A DNA stretch of 54,705 bases, from positions 1-54,705 of the IMG/VR virus record IMGVR_UViG_3300037842_001004. One strand, given 5' to 3'. The notes beneath the pieces are model-generated. The model was not told the DNA's origin, made no database searches, and saw only the letters and a program-made list of their open reading frames with translations. Shown here piece after piece: positions 37,417 through 46,202 of this stretch. The DNA comes from a virus (lineage: Duplodnaviria; Caudoviricetes). The position numbers and the translations under genes were made by a program. Position 1 is the stretch's first letter, and each line of letters starts with the position of its first letter.

Positions 37417-37824
37417 GTGGCGCTCACCGCATCGTTTGCCGTCGACTTCGCTGTGTTCGCGCAGCAGTACGGCACGGCCACGACTGCGGCCGCCGAACGC
37501 GGCGCCACGGTGGCGCGCCTGTTGAAGCAGACCGTCAGCGTCCTGACCCGTTCGTCGTCTCACCCTCAGCTCGAAGTCGCCGCGGGTGAGACGGTCCAGG
37601 TGAACCTCGGGAGCATGGGCTCACCGAAGTTCATCTTGGTCGAGAGCGACCTCGTCATCAATCTGAGGACCAGCGCCGTCGACGGTGAAGCCTGGGCGCT
37701 GACGCCGCTCGGCACCGGGCTTCCGGCGATCGCGCTGTTGACAGTGCCTGTTGCCGGCGTCTGGCTGCACAACGCCGGCGCCGCGGCTGCAACGGTCAGC
37801 GTTCACGCGCTCGGCACGGAGTAG
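37417..37824 (+). CDS. virion structural protein (beta-rich)
   Basis: GGAGG RBS; hydrophobic beta pattern. Confidence 0.55.
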   Translation: MALTASFAVDFAVFAQQYGTATTAAAERGATVARLLKQTVSVLTRSSSHPQLEVAAGETVQVNLGSMGSPKFILVESDLVINLRTSAVDGEAWALTPLGTGLPAIALLTVPVAGVWLHNAGAAAATVSVHALGTE

Positions 37825-37829
37825 CCCCG

Positions 37830-39092
37830 GTGCGCGTCGATGTCGACGCTGAGCCGGGCGAACTGACAGCGAGGATCGGCGAGTGGGTCCCCGCCATCCT
37901 GGCGAAGGCGGACGCCGACCCGGAGTTCGTCAAGGCCGTCAGCGACGCCCTGGCACCCCACGGCGGGACGGGCGAGCCCTGGCCCTGGCCGCTGGGCCAC
38001 GAACTCGAACACGAGGTCACAGAGGCCGTCAGGCGCCGCTACGGGTTGCTACTCGACCGGCTCGCCGCGGAACCCATGTTCAAGCCCGAAGGCGACGCCC
38101 TGGTGAAGGCCGCCGCGAGGGCGTGGATCACCGCGGACCGGCTCCACCGTCTGCGCGACATCGTCTCATCGGAGCACGCGGCACTCGCGGTCGAGCTGTT
38201 CGGTCCCGGGGTCCTGAGCGCGAGCCAACTCGCCCAGCTCCGGCAGGCCGGGATCCTCACGGACGCCGACGTCGCGCGCGGCCGCCGCGACGGTCTGCGG
38301 ACCGGGCTCGGTGATGCACACTTGCTCGGCGCGGTCATCGCGGCCGACCCTGGCAGGGGGCGCACGCTCACCCTGGCTGAAGCGCGGTCCCGCGCACGCC
38401 GACTCGCCCCGACCACGATGCGCGACCGGCAAGCGGCCGTCGCTCGCCTTCGCGGCGGGCAACAGATCGTCGGCCTGGGGAACCGGGTGGCGGACGACCT
38501 CACGACGATCGCGATCGTCAACGACGACGAGCGCGCCCAGCGGTACCGGGCGAGGGTCTCGGAGGCGGTCGCGCAACAGGCGGAGGAGGGCTTCGACGCT
38601 GGCGAGCTTCGCCAACGTATCGCTCAGGCCCTGGAGGGCGACTACGCGCGCGACATCAACCGGATAGTCATCACGGAGACCCACGCGGCCATCCAGGGTG
38701 GCGTCGCGGCCGGCTTGCTCGACCGCTACGGTGACGAGGTCGACTGCGCGGTGGTGCCGGCCCCCGGTGCTTGTCCCGTCTGCCACAGGCTCTACACCGG
38801 CCCCGACGGGCCTATCGTCTGGCGCGCGGGCCTATTGCCCCCGTCGACGGTGAACTTCCAGCGCAAGGCGGCCGCCCGGGTCGCCTGCATTCCGCCGGCG
38901 CACCCCCATTGCCGTTGCGAGCTTGTCTACGTTCCGGCCGGGTGGAGGGTCAGTGAGGAGGGGCAGGTGTTGCCCCCGCTGAAGAAGTCCGAGGTCCCCG
39001 ACGTGGACGTCGACCCCGTGGTCGACGATCATGGGGACCAACACGCGCACCCGTTCACCTGGGGCCGTCACTTCGGAGATGACAGATGTTGA
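37830..39092 (+). CDS. head morphogenesis (MuF / SPP1 gp7-like) protein
   Basis: RIVITE...ACPVC..LY...PPAHPHCRC. Confidence 0.85.
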   Translation: MRVDVDAEPGELTARIGEWVPAILAKADADPEFVKAVSDALAPHGGTGEPWPWPLGHELEHEVTEAVRRRYGLLLDRLAAEPMFKPEGDALVKAAARAWITADRLHRLRDIVSSEHAALAVELFGPGVLSASQLAQLRQAGILTDADVARGRRDGLRTGLGDAHLLGAVIAADPGRGRTLTLAEARSRARRLAPTTMRDRQAAVARLRGGQQIVGLGNRVADDLTTIAIVNDDERAQRYRARVSEAVAQQAEEGFDAGELRQRIAQALEGDYARDINRIVITETHAAIQGGVAAGLLDRYGDEVDCAVVPAPGACPVCHRLYTGPDGPIVWRAGLLPPSTVNFQRKAAARVACIPPAHPHCRCELVYVPAGWRVSEEGQVLPPLKKSEVPDVDVDPVVDDHGDQHAHPFTWGRHFGDDRC

Positions 39093-42000
39093 GTTGGGGA
39101 ACCGCACTAGATGGTCGCCAGGGCGTGGTTTTCACGCTCCACACGAACGATATGGCGAAGGGCTTCGACGGCGGCCCGGTCCGCATGGTCGAGTTGCCGA
39201 CCCTGATCGGGGTGCTGCTTTCGAACAGTCTCGAACTGCGCCTGGAGAAGGGCGCCGGCCACAAGTACATGCGCAAGGTCTGGACGGGTAGCCGTTGGCG
39301 CTACTTCTACAGCGTCTCCGGCGGAGCTGGGCTCGGGCATCACGACGAGTTCCACGAGGGCGCGAAGTTCAAGCTCGCGCACGGCGGGAAGGCCGGTCAC
39401 TTCGAGGTCACCGGGAAGACCGACGACGGCAAGCTCAAGATCAAGCACGACGAGAGCGGGCACGAGGAGCACCTCCACCCCGACGCCCTGAAGGAGATGC
39501 TCCACCGGGAGCACGCCGACGCGCTCGACGGCCACACGAAGAAGATCGCCCAGGACCTGAAGGACGTTGCGAAGCACGGCTCCGACAAGCAGAAGGCCCG
39601 ACTGCAGGCGGAGGCCGGCAAGTACGGCCACACGGAGCACTTGACCGACGCTGGCAAGGCCAAGGCCAAGGCCGGCGCTGGCGCTGGCGGCGAGGCCGAG
39701 GGCGGCGGCAAGGGCGACAAAGACAAAGAGGCGGCCGCCCGGAAGAAGGAGCAAGTCGCCGCGGTCTGGGGCGACAAGTCCGGGCGTGATGCCGCCGACA
39801 GGGAGGCCAAGGCCGCGGCGAAGACGCGGAGCGGGAAGGGCATTCCCGCGCATACCAACGAGCACGGCGACCACGACAAGGACAAGGTGGGGGAGGCGAC
39901 GAAGGACTGGTCGGCCAGCGATCACGACGACGCCGCGGCCCACCACGACAAGGCCGCCCGAGAGTCCGACGAGAAGTCGGGGCTCGAAGGCGAGGACTAC
40001 GACAAGCACCAGAAGGACTACAACGCGCACCTCGACGCGGCCGGCCAACACGAGGACGCCGCCGAAGCGAAGCACGCCGACGCGCTCGAAGCCGACGATG
40101 CGTCGAAGGGGAAGGTCCGCGAGGTCGCCAAGGTGATGAACGAGGGCGCGGCCCGCATCCAGGGGATCGCCGCCAAGGGGTTCGACCGGGAGCGAGAGGT
40201 TGGCGACCACGCCGTCTACCGCTCGAAGGACGGTGCAATCAGTTTCACGGCGAAGAAGGACGCGAGCCCGAGCGACGTCGCACACGCGTTCGTTGACGAG
40301 ATGGTCCGTCGGCAGTTGGAAACGACGGCCGGCGATCACAAGATGACCGACGGCGAGCAGAAGACGGCCCGCGCCGTCCTGCGCCGCACGCTCGACGTCT
40401 CGAAGATCGTCGGGGCGCTCGGCCCGATCGGGCACGCCAAGCCCGAAGCCAAGCCTAAATCCCCCCTGGCGGCCAAGGCCGCGGCCGAGGACGCGCACGC
40501 CACGAAGGAGAGCGCGCGCCATGAGGCGAAGGCGAAGGAGCACCAGACAGCCGCCGACGACCTCGACCGGGGCGTCGAGTCGCGCGGGATCCATCAGGTG
40601 GCAGCGACGCAGCACCGAGGGGCCGCCGCCGCGCACGAGAGACTGAGCGACTCGGCCGATTCGCGGTCACGTATCGCAGACGGTCACAGCGAGCAGGCCG
40701 GCGCCCACGACGCGAAGGCCGACGAGAAGAAGGAGCGCGAGACCGGGCCGGGCCGGGGCAAAAAGGGGACGTTCGGGGACGAGAAGAAGCCCGGGAAGGG
40801 GATGTCCGCGGACGAGTTCGCTGACAATGTCTCGGACATCGGAACCAGTAGCGCGGAGCGCGCCGCGAAGGCGAAGGGCCGGGCGGCCGGCAAGGCGGAC
40901 GCCAAGGTTGCAGTCGCGGCCGCAAAGCAGAAGTCCGGTGACGAGTCGACCGCGGCCGTCGCAACGGACAAAACCGAGTTCGGCCAGGGGAAGCGCGAGG
41001 ACAATGCGACCCGCGAGGCGGCCTCGAACCACCACGGCCAGGAGGGCAACAAGCACCTCAAAGCTGCGAAGGCGGCAGACGCGGCCGGGGATCACGACCT
41101 CCGCGATGCGCACGTCGCAGCGGGCAAGGCGCACGTCCTGGCGCGCAAGAGCGGCGGGTACCACCGGGCGATGGCCGACGCGGCGACGAAGGCAATCTCG
41201 GATGCCCAGGCCCGCGCGCTGAAGCCGGACGCCGACGAGAAGAAGGAGCGGGAGACCGGCCCAGGCAAGGGCAAGAAGGGCACGTTCGGGGACGACGACG
41301 CCGGCCAGAGCCCCGCGCACGCCAAGTGGGAGGCCCAATACCGGAAGTACAAGGAAGGCTCCGGCAGCTACCCGAAGAGTCGCGGCCGGGCCGGCGTCGA
41401 CAAGGCCGCGATGGACGCGATCACGGCGAAGGTGGACGCCGAGCACGACGAGACTCGACGCCAGGAGTCGACCGGCAAGGCCGAGGGCCACAACGCCGAG
41501 GTCGAGCGGCACGAGAAGGCGGCGAGCTTCCACAGGGATGCCGCAAAGAAGGAACTCGGATTCAACGCCGCCACCGCCCACAAGGACGCGGAGGGGGCTC
41601 ACGACACGGCAGCGCATCACCACCGCGGCGCCAGCGAAAGCTGGAAGGCGCACGCGATGGGTCAGCCCGGTCGAGGCGCCCCGGCCAGGAGCACGACGGC
41701 GGCGACGGAGAGCGCGCGGGCCGACAAGGCGAGCGAGAGGAGCCGGCGACTGGCGAAGCCCGAGCCCGAGCCAAAGGCGGCAGCTCCTGCAGCGAAGCCC
41801 GAGGCCGCACCCGGCGAGATGCCAACAAGCGTCGGGGATATGAAGGCCGAGCACATCGCCCAGCTCCGCGGGACCGGAGATTGGACCAAGGGCGGCGTCA
41901 ACCGGACGAACAAAGACGGCTCAAACAGCGACACCCAGGGCGAGGTCGGCCACGGCATGAACGTCTTCAAGGAACAGGGGGCTTTTTTGATCGGCCATGA

Positions 42001-43039
42001 GGCAAGCGGCCTCGTCATCGGGAAGAACTTCCGCAGCGCGGCCGAGGCGAAGACCGCCGCGATGATGTTGCACCACGCCGCGGGCGAGGGCGGCATTCAC
42101 GACGACGCGAGGAGGGCCGCGGAACAGCTCGGCCCCCACGCGGCCGCGCTCGGGGCTCACCAGAAGGACGGAACGCTCGAAGAGGGCATGCGGCAGGCCC
42201 GCGAGGCGAAGAAGACCGCTAACTCCAATGCGGCCGCGAAGAAGGGCCTGGACAAGATCGCCAGCCTCGGGAGCCACCAACCCGAGAAGGTCACGCACTC
42301 CACAAGCGACGAGGCCCACGCGAAGGCCAAGGGCTCGAAGCGGGCCTCGTCGTTCGCTGCGTCCCCGTCGGAGTATCGCCCAGGCATGAGCCAGTATCTG
42401 GTGAAGGACGGCCGGGCGGTCTCGACCGACGGCAAGCGCGCGGCGAGTATCCCCGTCGCGGGCCACGACGACGGCCACTACGCGAGCCACAACCCGTCCG
42501 CACTGTACGACCGCCACGGCGGCGCGAAGCAGGGCGAGCGGTCCGACATCACGAAGGACGGGGACAAGTCGTTCTTTCACGACCCGCTCACCAGCGCCGT
42601 TCACGATTTCGTCGATCCGGCCACCTACCCGCACAAGGCGAGCCTTGACGCGTCGCAACTGAGGACAGCCCTGGACGGATCGAAGTTCCTCGCCAAAGGC
42701 GCGGAACACCGCGTGTCCCTGGAGAGCAAAGACGGCGCGATGACGATGCACGTCACAGGCAACGCCGACCACCCGACGCACGCGGGCCAGAAGGTCAGCG
42801 TGCCCCTGGGTGAGCACGAGGGACCCGACTTCGCGATGGACGTCCAACACAAGTTCCTGAGCGACGCCATGAAGGGCGCGAAGGGGACCGTGCAGCTCGG
42901 ACTGAAGGCGGGCCGCAAGGGCGGGCGCAAGTCCACGACCGACACGAAGCAGGGCAAGGGGAAGCAACCCGACACGGGGATCCTGCACGTCGCGCGGTCC
43001 GACGGTGAGAACCACGCCATCGCGTCGTTCAGGGACTGA
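39086..43039 (+). CDS. giant cargo protein 5: shared leader + His/Ala repeats + DNA polymerase III beta-clamp-like C-terminus
   Basis: LEKGAGHKYMRK leader (~39248-39640). VKDGRAVSTDGKRA...YP...MDVQHKFLSDAMK...HAIASFR (~42394-43036). True start may be the ATG at 39152. Confidence 0.75.
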   Translation: MLSWGTALDGRQGVVFTLHTNDMAKGFDGGPVRMVELPTLIGVLLSNSLELRLEKGAGHKYMRKVWTGSRWRYFYSVSGGAGLGHHDEFHEGAKFKLAHGGKAGHFEVTGKTDDGKLKIKHDESGHEEHLHPDALKEMLHREHADALDGHTKKIAQDLKDVAKHGSDKQKARLQAEAGKYGHTEHLTDAGKAKAKAGAGAGGEAEGGGKGDKDKEAAARKKEQVAAVWGDKSGRDAADREAKAAAKTRSGKGIPAHTNEHGDHDKDKVGEATKDWSASDHDDAAAHHDKAARESDEKSGLEGEDYDKHQKDYNAHLDAAGQHEDAAEAKHADALEADDASKGKVREVAKVMNEGAARIQGIAAKGFDREREVGDHAVYRSKDGAISFTAKKDASPSDVAHAFVDEMVRRQLETTAGDHKMTDGEQKTARAVLRRTLDVSKIVGALGPIGHAKPEAKPKSPLAAKAAAEDAHATKESARHEAKAKEHQTAADDLDRGVESRGIHQVAATQHRGAAAAHERLSDSADSRSRIADGHSEQAGAHDAKADEKKERETGPGRGKKGTFGDEKKPGKGMSADEFADNVSDIGTSSAERAAKAKGRAAGKADAKVAVAAAKQKSGDESTAAVATDKTEFGQGKREDNATREAASNHHGQEGNKHLKAAKAADAAGDHDLRDAHVAAGKAHVLARKSGGYHRAMADAATKAISDAQARALKPDADEKKERETGPGKGKKGTFGDDDAGQSPAHAKWEAQYRKYKEGSGSYPKSRGRAGVDKAAMDAITAKVDAEHDETRRQESTGKAEGHNAEVERHEKAASFHRDAAKKELGFNAATAHKDAEGAHDTAAHHHRGASESWKAHAMGQPGRGAPARSTTAATESARADKASERSRRLAKPEPEPKAAAPAAKPEAAPGEMPTSVGDMKAEHIAQLRGTGDWTKGGVNRTNKDGSNSDTQGEVGHGMNVFKEQGAFLIGHEASGLVIGKNFRSAAEAKTAAMMLHHAAGEGGIHDDARRAAEQLGPHAAALGAHQKDGTLEEGMRQAREAKKTANSNAAAKKGLDKIASLGSHQPEKVTHSTSDEAHAKAKGSKRASSFAASPSEYRPGMSQYLVKDGRAVSTDGKRAASIPVAGHDDGHYASHNPSALYDRHGGAKQGERSDITKDGDKSFFHDPLTSAVHDFVDPATYPHKASLDASQLRTALDGSKFLAKGAEHRVSLESKDGAMTMHVTGNADHPTHAGQKVSVPLGEHEGPDFAMDVQHKFLSDAMKGAKGTVQLGLKAGRKGGRKSTTDTKQGKGKQPDTGILHVARSDGENHAIASFRD

Positions 43040-43260
43040 TGGCCGACGTCTCCCCGGTGCGCTGTTCGCATTGCGGCTCCGTCCTGGCGAGGCCCGACGG
43101 CGGGAAGGTGAAGCTGCGCCTCCGGCTGATCGCGTTCAACGCCGCGGGCGAGGCGACGGCTCCATGCCCGCGGTGCAAGAAGGACACGAAGCTTCCGGTG
43201 ACCCTCGGGCACCGGCACCGGCCGCTACCAGCGGCGCCGGCGATGACACTCAGGGGTTAG
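43039..43260 (+). CDS. zinc-ribbon protein (Mu Com-like)
   Basis: VRCSHCGSVLA...CPRCKK; TGATG-coupled. Confidence 0.65.
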   Translation: MADVSPVRCSHCGSVLARPDGGKVKLRLRLIAFNAAGEATAPCPRCKKDTKLPVTLGHRHRPLPAAPAMTLRG

Positions 43261-43263
43261 ACC

Positions 43264-43689
43264 GTGGGCAAGCAACTCGCGGGGGCGTCGACCCTGCTCA
43301 TGGTGTCGCTCATCAGCTTCGCGGAGGTCCGCATCCGGTCCGCCGCGAGCCAGGGGACGGCCAGCGCGGCCAGCGCCCAGGTGGACGCACAGAAGGCCGC
43401 CGCGTCCCTGTCGGCTGCAGCTCCCGCGACGAACGCCTGCATCGAGCAAGTCCAGCGCCTGACGGTCCGCATCGACCTCGCAGAGCGCATGCTCTGGGAC
43501 ACGCGAGGGACGGTCTCCCGGCTCCGGTCCTCCGTCCTGGTGCGCCGCAACAGCCCCGAGTTCACCGCGCGCTTGTACGACCCCCCGAAGTCCCTGGAGG
43601 ACATCGCAGGACCTCAGACGAAGCTCGCCGACCTCCCGGCGCCTGCGCGACTGGATCTGCCGCGCATCGAGATGCCTAACACCCTGTAA
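43264..43689 (+). CDS. membrane-anchored coiled-coil protein
   Basis: N-terminal hydrophobic helix, then coiled coil. Confidence 0.55.
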   Translation: MGKQLAGASTLLMVSLISFAEVRIRSAASQGTASAASAQVDAQKAAASLSAAAPATNACIEQVQRLTVRIDLAERMLWDTRGTVSRLRSSVLVRRNSPEFTARLYDPPKSLEDIAGPQTKLADLPAPARLDLPRIEMPNTL

Positions 43690-43722
43690 ACACAGGGGAA
43701 TCACGATAGTGACAATACTGGG

Positions 43723-43751
43723 TTGACGCGGTAGGCGAGCGCGCTTACTGT
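43723..43751 (+). promoter_or_regulatory. sigma70-like promoter with operator
   Basis: TTGACG-17nt-TACTGT with GTAGGCG-agcg-CGCTTAC. Confidence 0.75.
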
Positions 43752-43874
43752 CTAGTTGTCCCGGGGAGCCGGGGCCAGTCTTTGGCGGGCCTTCCGGCTC
43801 GCTGGCGGCCGGCGCGCCCTGGCTGCGCGTCGGACGCAAGTTCGAGATCCCCACGGCCGCAGAAGGTCCCCACC

Positions 43875-44003
43875 ATGACGCGTCTCATTGCCGCCTTGAT
43901 TCTCGCCAGCGCTGCGCTCTGCAGCGGGGCGGCGGGCCGGGAGCCGGCCTTCGAGGAGTCCTGCGAGCCTTCGAGTGCCTTGCTACTGTCCCCGGAGTCC
44001 TAA
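43875..44003 (+). CDS. tiny secreted or membrane peptide
   Basis: MTRLIAALILASAALC; GAAGG RBS. Confidence 0.4.
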   Translation: MTRLIAALILASAALCSGAAGREPAFEESCEPSSALLLSPES

Positions 44004-44004
44004 G

Positions 44005-44211
44005 ATGAAAGTCTTTCCCGCCGCTGACGCGGTCCCTGCCGTCGCCGAGGCCAGCGGACACGCCGCCAAAATCGCGGCCTACATCGCTGACGCCCGCTGC
44101 GTTCTGGACGACGGGCGCGTTGTTGCCCCGCGCCTCTGCGTGGCTCTCTCCGCGCTCTACTTCCCCAGCTTTCCCGTCGCCCTCCATGAGGGCGGCTACA
44201 TCGAGGCTTGA
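44005..44211 (+). CDS. hypothetical protein
   Basis: ATG one base after the previous stop. Confidence 0.5.
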   Translation: MKVFPAADAVPAVAEASGHAAKIAAYIADARCVLDDGRVVAPRLCVALSALYFPSFPVALHEGGYIEA

Positions 44212-44212
44212 G

Positions 44213-44452
44213 ATGGAACATCAGACGCTCGATTTCGCGGAGGCGCTCGTCGCCGGCCCGGGGTCCTTCCCGGGGCCGTTCAAGGCTCGGGCGCTGGGCG
44301 ATTGGGTCCGCGCAGAGGGCATCGCTGACGCGCTCTGCGCGGCGGGTTTCCGCGTCCTGGTCGACCGATTCGGTACCGGCAACGGCTGGCACACCGGCCA
44401 CGTCGCCGGCTGCGGCGTCAACCATATCGAGGTGACACACGCCCCACGCTGA
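44213..44452 (+). CDS. hypothetical protein
   Basis: GAGG RBS, ATG one base after the previous stop. Confidence 0.55.
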   Translation: MEHQTLDFAEALVAGPGSFPGPFKARALGDWVRAEGIADALCAAGFRVLVDRFGTGNGWHTGHVAGCGVNHIEVTHAPR

Positions 44453-44469
44453 TCGGAGTGAAGTCAACA

Positions 44470-44629
44470 GCTCGACGCCCCCGGAATGCGGGTCCACGCG
44501 GACCTCCGGGGTGTGTAGGCGCTGGAAGGAACCGCGAGGTCGGCACACACCCGGCCGGACGGGGATTGCCGGTGTCGCCCGGAGGTGGGTGGTTCAAGTC
44601 CTCCCACCCGTTTTCCCGGGGCGTCGAGC
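44470..44629 (+). ncRNA. candidate structured ncRNA with a tRNA T-arm-like loop
   Basis: Intergenic. 12-bp terminal stem (44470-44481/44618-44629), 8-bp inner stem (44509-44516/44545-44552), ACC-GCGA-GGT GNRA hairpin, GGTGG-TTCAAGT-CCTCC. Confidence 0.5.
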
Positions 44630-44661
44630 CTAGAAAAACAGACATCTCATGGAGTGCTTGA

Positions 44662-44964
44662 ATGTCCAACATTGACTACCACGCCGCGCTTGACGCCGGC
44701 CTCAAGGCCAAGGTGCCTGCGGCCCGGCCTTACGGTTGCGGCCGCGTCTACGTCTGCGTCCTGGGGCGCCACGTCCCCGGCATCCGAGCCGCGTGCAAGC
44801 GCGCTGGGGTGCTGTTCCTGGCGGATGCGTACGGGACGACCGGAAACGCGATCTACATCGGCTACGACAACTGCTCGGGCCGTGAACTGGCGCGCGGTAC
44901 CGCCGTCGCTGAAGCCCTGAATGCCGCCGGCATCGACTGTTACGCCGACGCGGTTGGAGACTGA
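44662..44964 (+). CDS. hypothetical protein
   Basis: GGAG RBS; GCGRVYV...YIGYDN...YAD. Confidence 0.7.
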   Translation: MSNIDYHAALDAGLKAKVPAARPYGCGRVYVCVLGRHVPGIRAACKRAGVLFLADAYGTTGNAIYIGYDNCSGRELARGTAVAEALNAAGIDCYADAVGD

Positions 44965-44966
44965 AA

Positions 44967-45179
44967 ATGGCCCGCCCGAACCCCCACGACACGGACCGCG
45001 CTATCAGCCTCGCCTACGGGCGCGGCTCCCACGCCGACCTCGACGACTTCGAGGACGCCCACGGCTGCGACTTGAGCGACATCCTCGACGGCCTCATCAC
45101 CGACGCGGATGTCAGCGGCGAGTCTGGGTTGGAGCGTCGGCTCACCCTGGCCTACGACCACTTGACGGGCGCCTCCTGA
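44967..45179 (+). CDS. small acidic protein
   Basis: GGAG RBS, clean ORF. Confidence 0.6.
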   Translation: MARPNPHDTDRAISLAYGRGSHADLDDFEDAHGCDLSDILDGLITDADVSGESGLERRLTLAYDHLTGAS

Positions 45180-45216
45180 GCGCCCCTTGCGCGTGCTCAT
45201 CTACTCGCCGAACGAA

Positions 45217-45263
45217 GAAAACGACCAACGAGGGTTGACATTCAGTGTGCGCGTGCGCATATT
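45217..45263 (+). promoter_or_regulatory. sigma70-like promoter with operator and conserved upstream element
   Basis: GAAAACGACCAACGAGGG-TTGACA-17nt-CATATT; upstream element identical at 47635. Confidence 0.8.
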
Positions 45264-45324
45264 AGAGGTGCGGCGCCGGTCGGTGCCCACGGCCCAAATC
45301 CCCACGGGCCACGGAGGAAAAGAG

Positions 45325-45702
45325 ATGTTCCACGAAAGCCGAATCCACGACATCAAGGCGCACCCCGACGCGCTTGAGGCGTGCCGCGAGGTGCTCCGAC
45401 TGACGTGGTGCCTGTGCTCCGGCTTCCTCATCGAGGACCCCGAGCTACCGCGTCCGGTGCTGCTCCTGAACGACAGCATCACGCCGGACTACGACCGCTA
45501 CTGCGAGTACGCGCTCCTGGTGCCGGCCGGCACCGGCTGGCTGCAGGTCGAGTCAATCACCTTGAACGCTGGCGAAGGGCTCACGCCTGAGCAACTGCTC
45601 GACTCCGTGCGAGCGTCCGCGACCAGCGACGAGGCGCTCGACTCCGAGTGCTCCCCGCGGACGCTCGCCGCCCACCCCGACCCCTGCTGTCACTGTTCCT
45701 AA
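45325..45702 (+). CDS. hypothetical protein
   Basis: GGAGG RBS; LLLNDS...EYA...QVESIT. Confidence 0.7.
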   Translation: MFHESRIHDIKAHPDALEACREVLRLTWCLCSGFLIEDPELPRPVLLLNDSITPDYDRYCEYALLVPAGTGWLQVESITLNAGEGLTPEQLLDSVRASATSDEALDSECSPRTLAAHPDPCCHCS

Positions 45703-45713
45703 AGGAGGACACC

Positions 45714-46178
45714 GTGAACCTGACCATTGCCACCGTGCGCGCCTTCTACCGCGACGATGAGGCCCTGTTGGCGATCGGCGCGGTCCTGGCCGCACGACTG
45801 CTCGCCTCTGAGGCCCGAGAGGCGGTCGACGCCTACATTGAGCCGCTCCTGGCGGACTTCGACTTCCGCGTCGACAACGAGTGCGACCGTGGGAGTCCCC
45901 GAGATGGCACGCCCATCACGAAGTCGAGCGACCTGCTCCTCACCGACCAGGACTGCGCGGCCTACTACGCGGCCTGCGACGCGGCCCACGCCGAGCACGG
46001 TCACGACCTGGAGCCCGGCTACTGCCCAGCTCTCATCGCTGAGAGCGCAGTCATCGACGCGGAGAACGCGCTCATCAAGCTAGCGTCCGACCGCTACGGG
46101 GTCGACTTCACCCGGCTCTACAAACTGGAGAGTCGAGCCGCGCTGCTCAAGCTGCTGACGGAAGGATGCGCACGATGA
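45714..46178 (+). CDS. hypothetical protein
   Basis: AGGAGG RBS; GYCPALIAE motif. Confidence 0.7.
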   Translation: MNLTIATVRAFYRDDEALLAIGAVLAARLLASEAREAVDAYIEPLLADFDFRVDNECDRGSPRDGTPITKSSDLLLTDQDCAAYYAACDAAHAEHGHDLEPGYCPALIAESAVIDAENALIKLASDRYGVDFTRLYKLESRAALLKLLTEGCAR

Positions 46179-46202
46179 CCGACACATGGAAGGAGTTCTC
46201 CG

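Noticed and set aside
44555-44615. Canonical tRNA gene suggested by GGTTCAAGTCC
   Set aside because: No 7-bp acceptor stem, anticodon arm or CCA at tRNA spacing; kept only as an ncRNA candidate.
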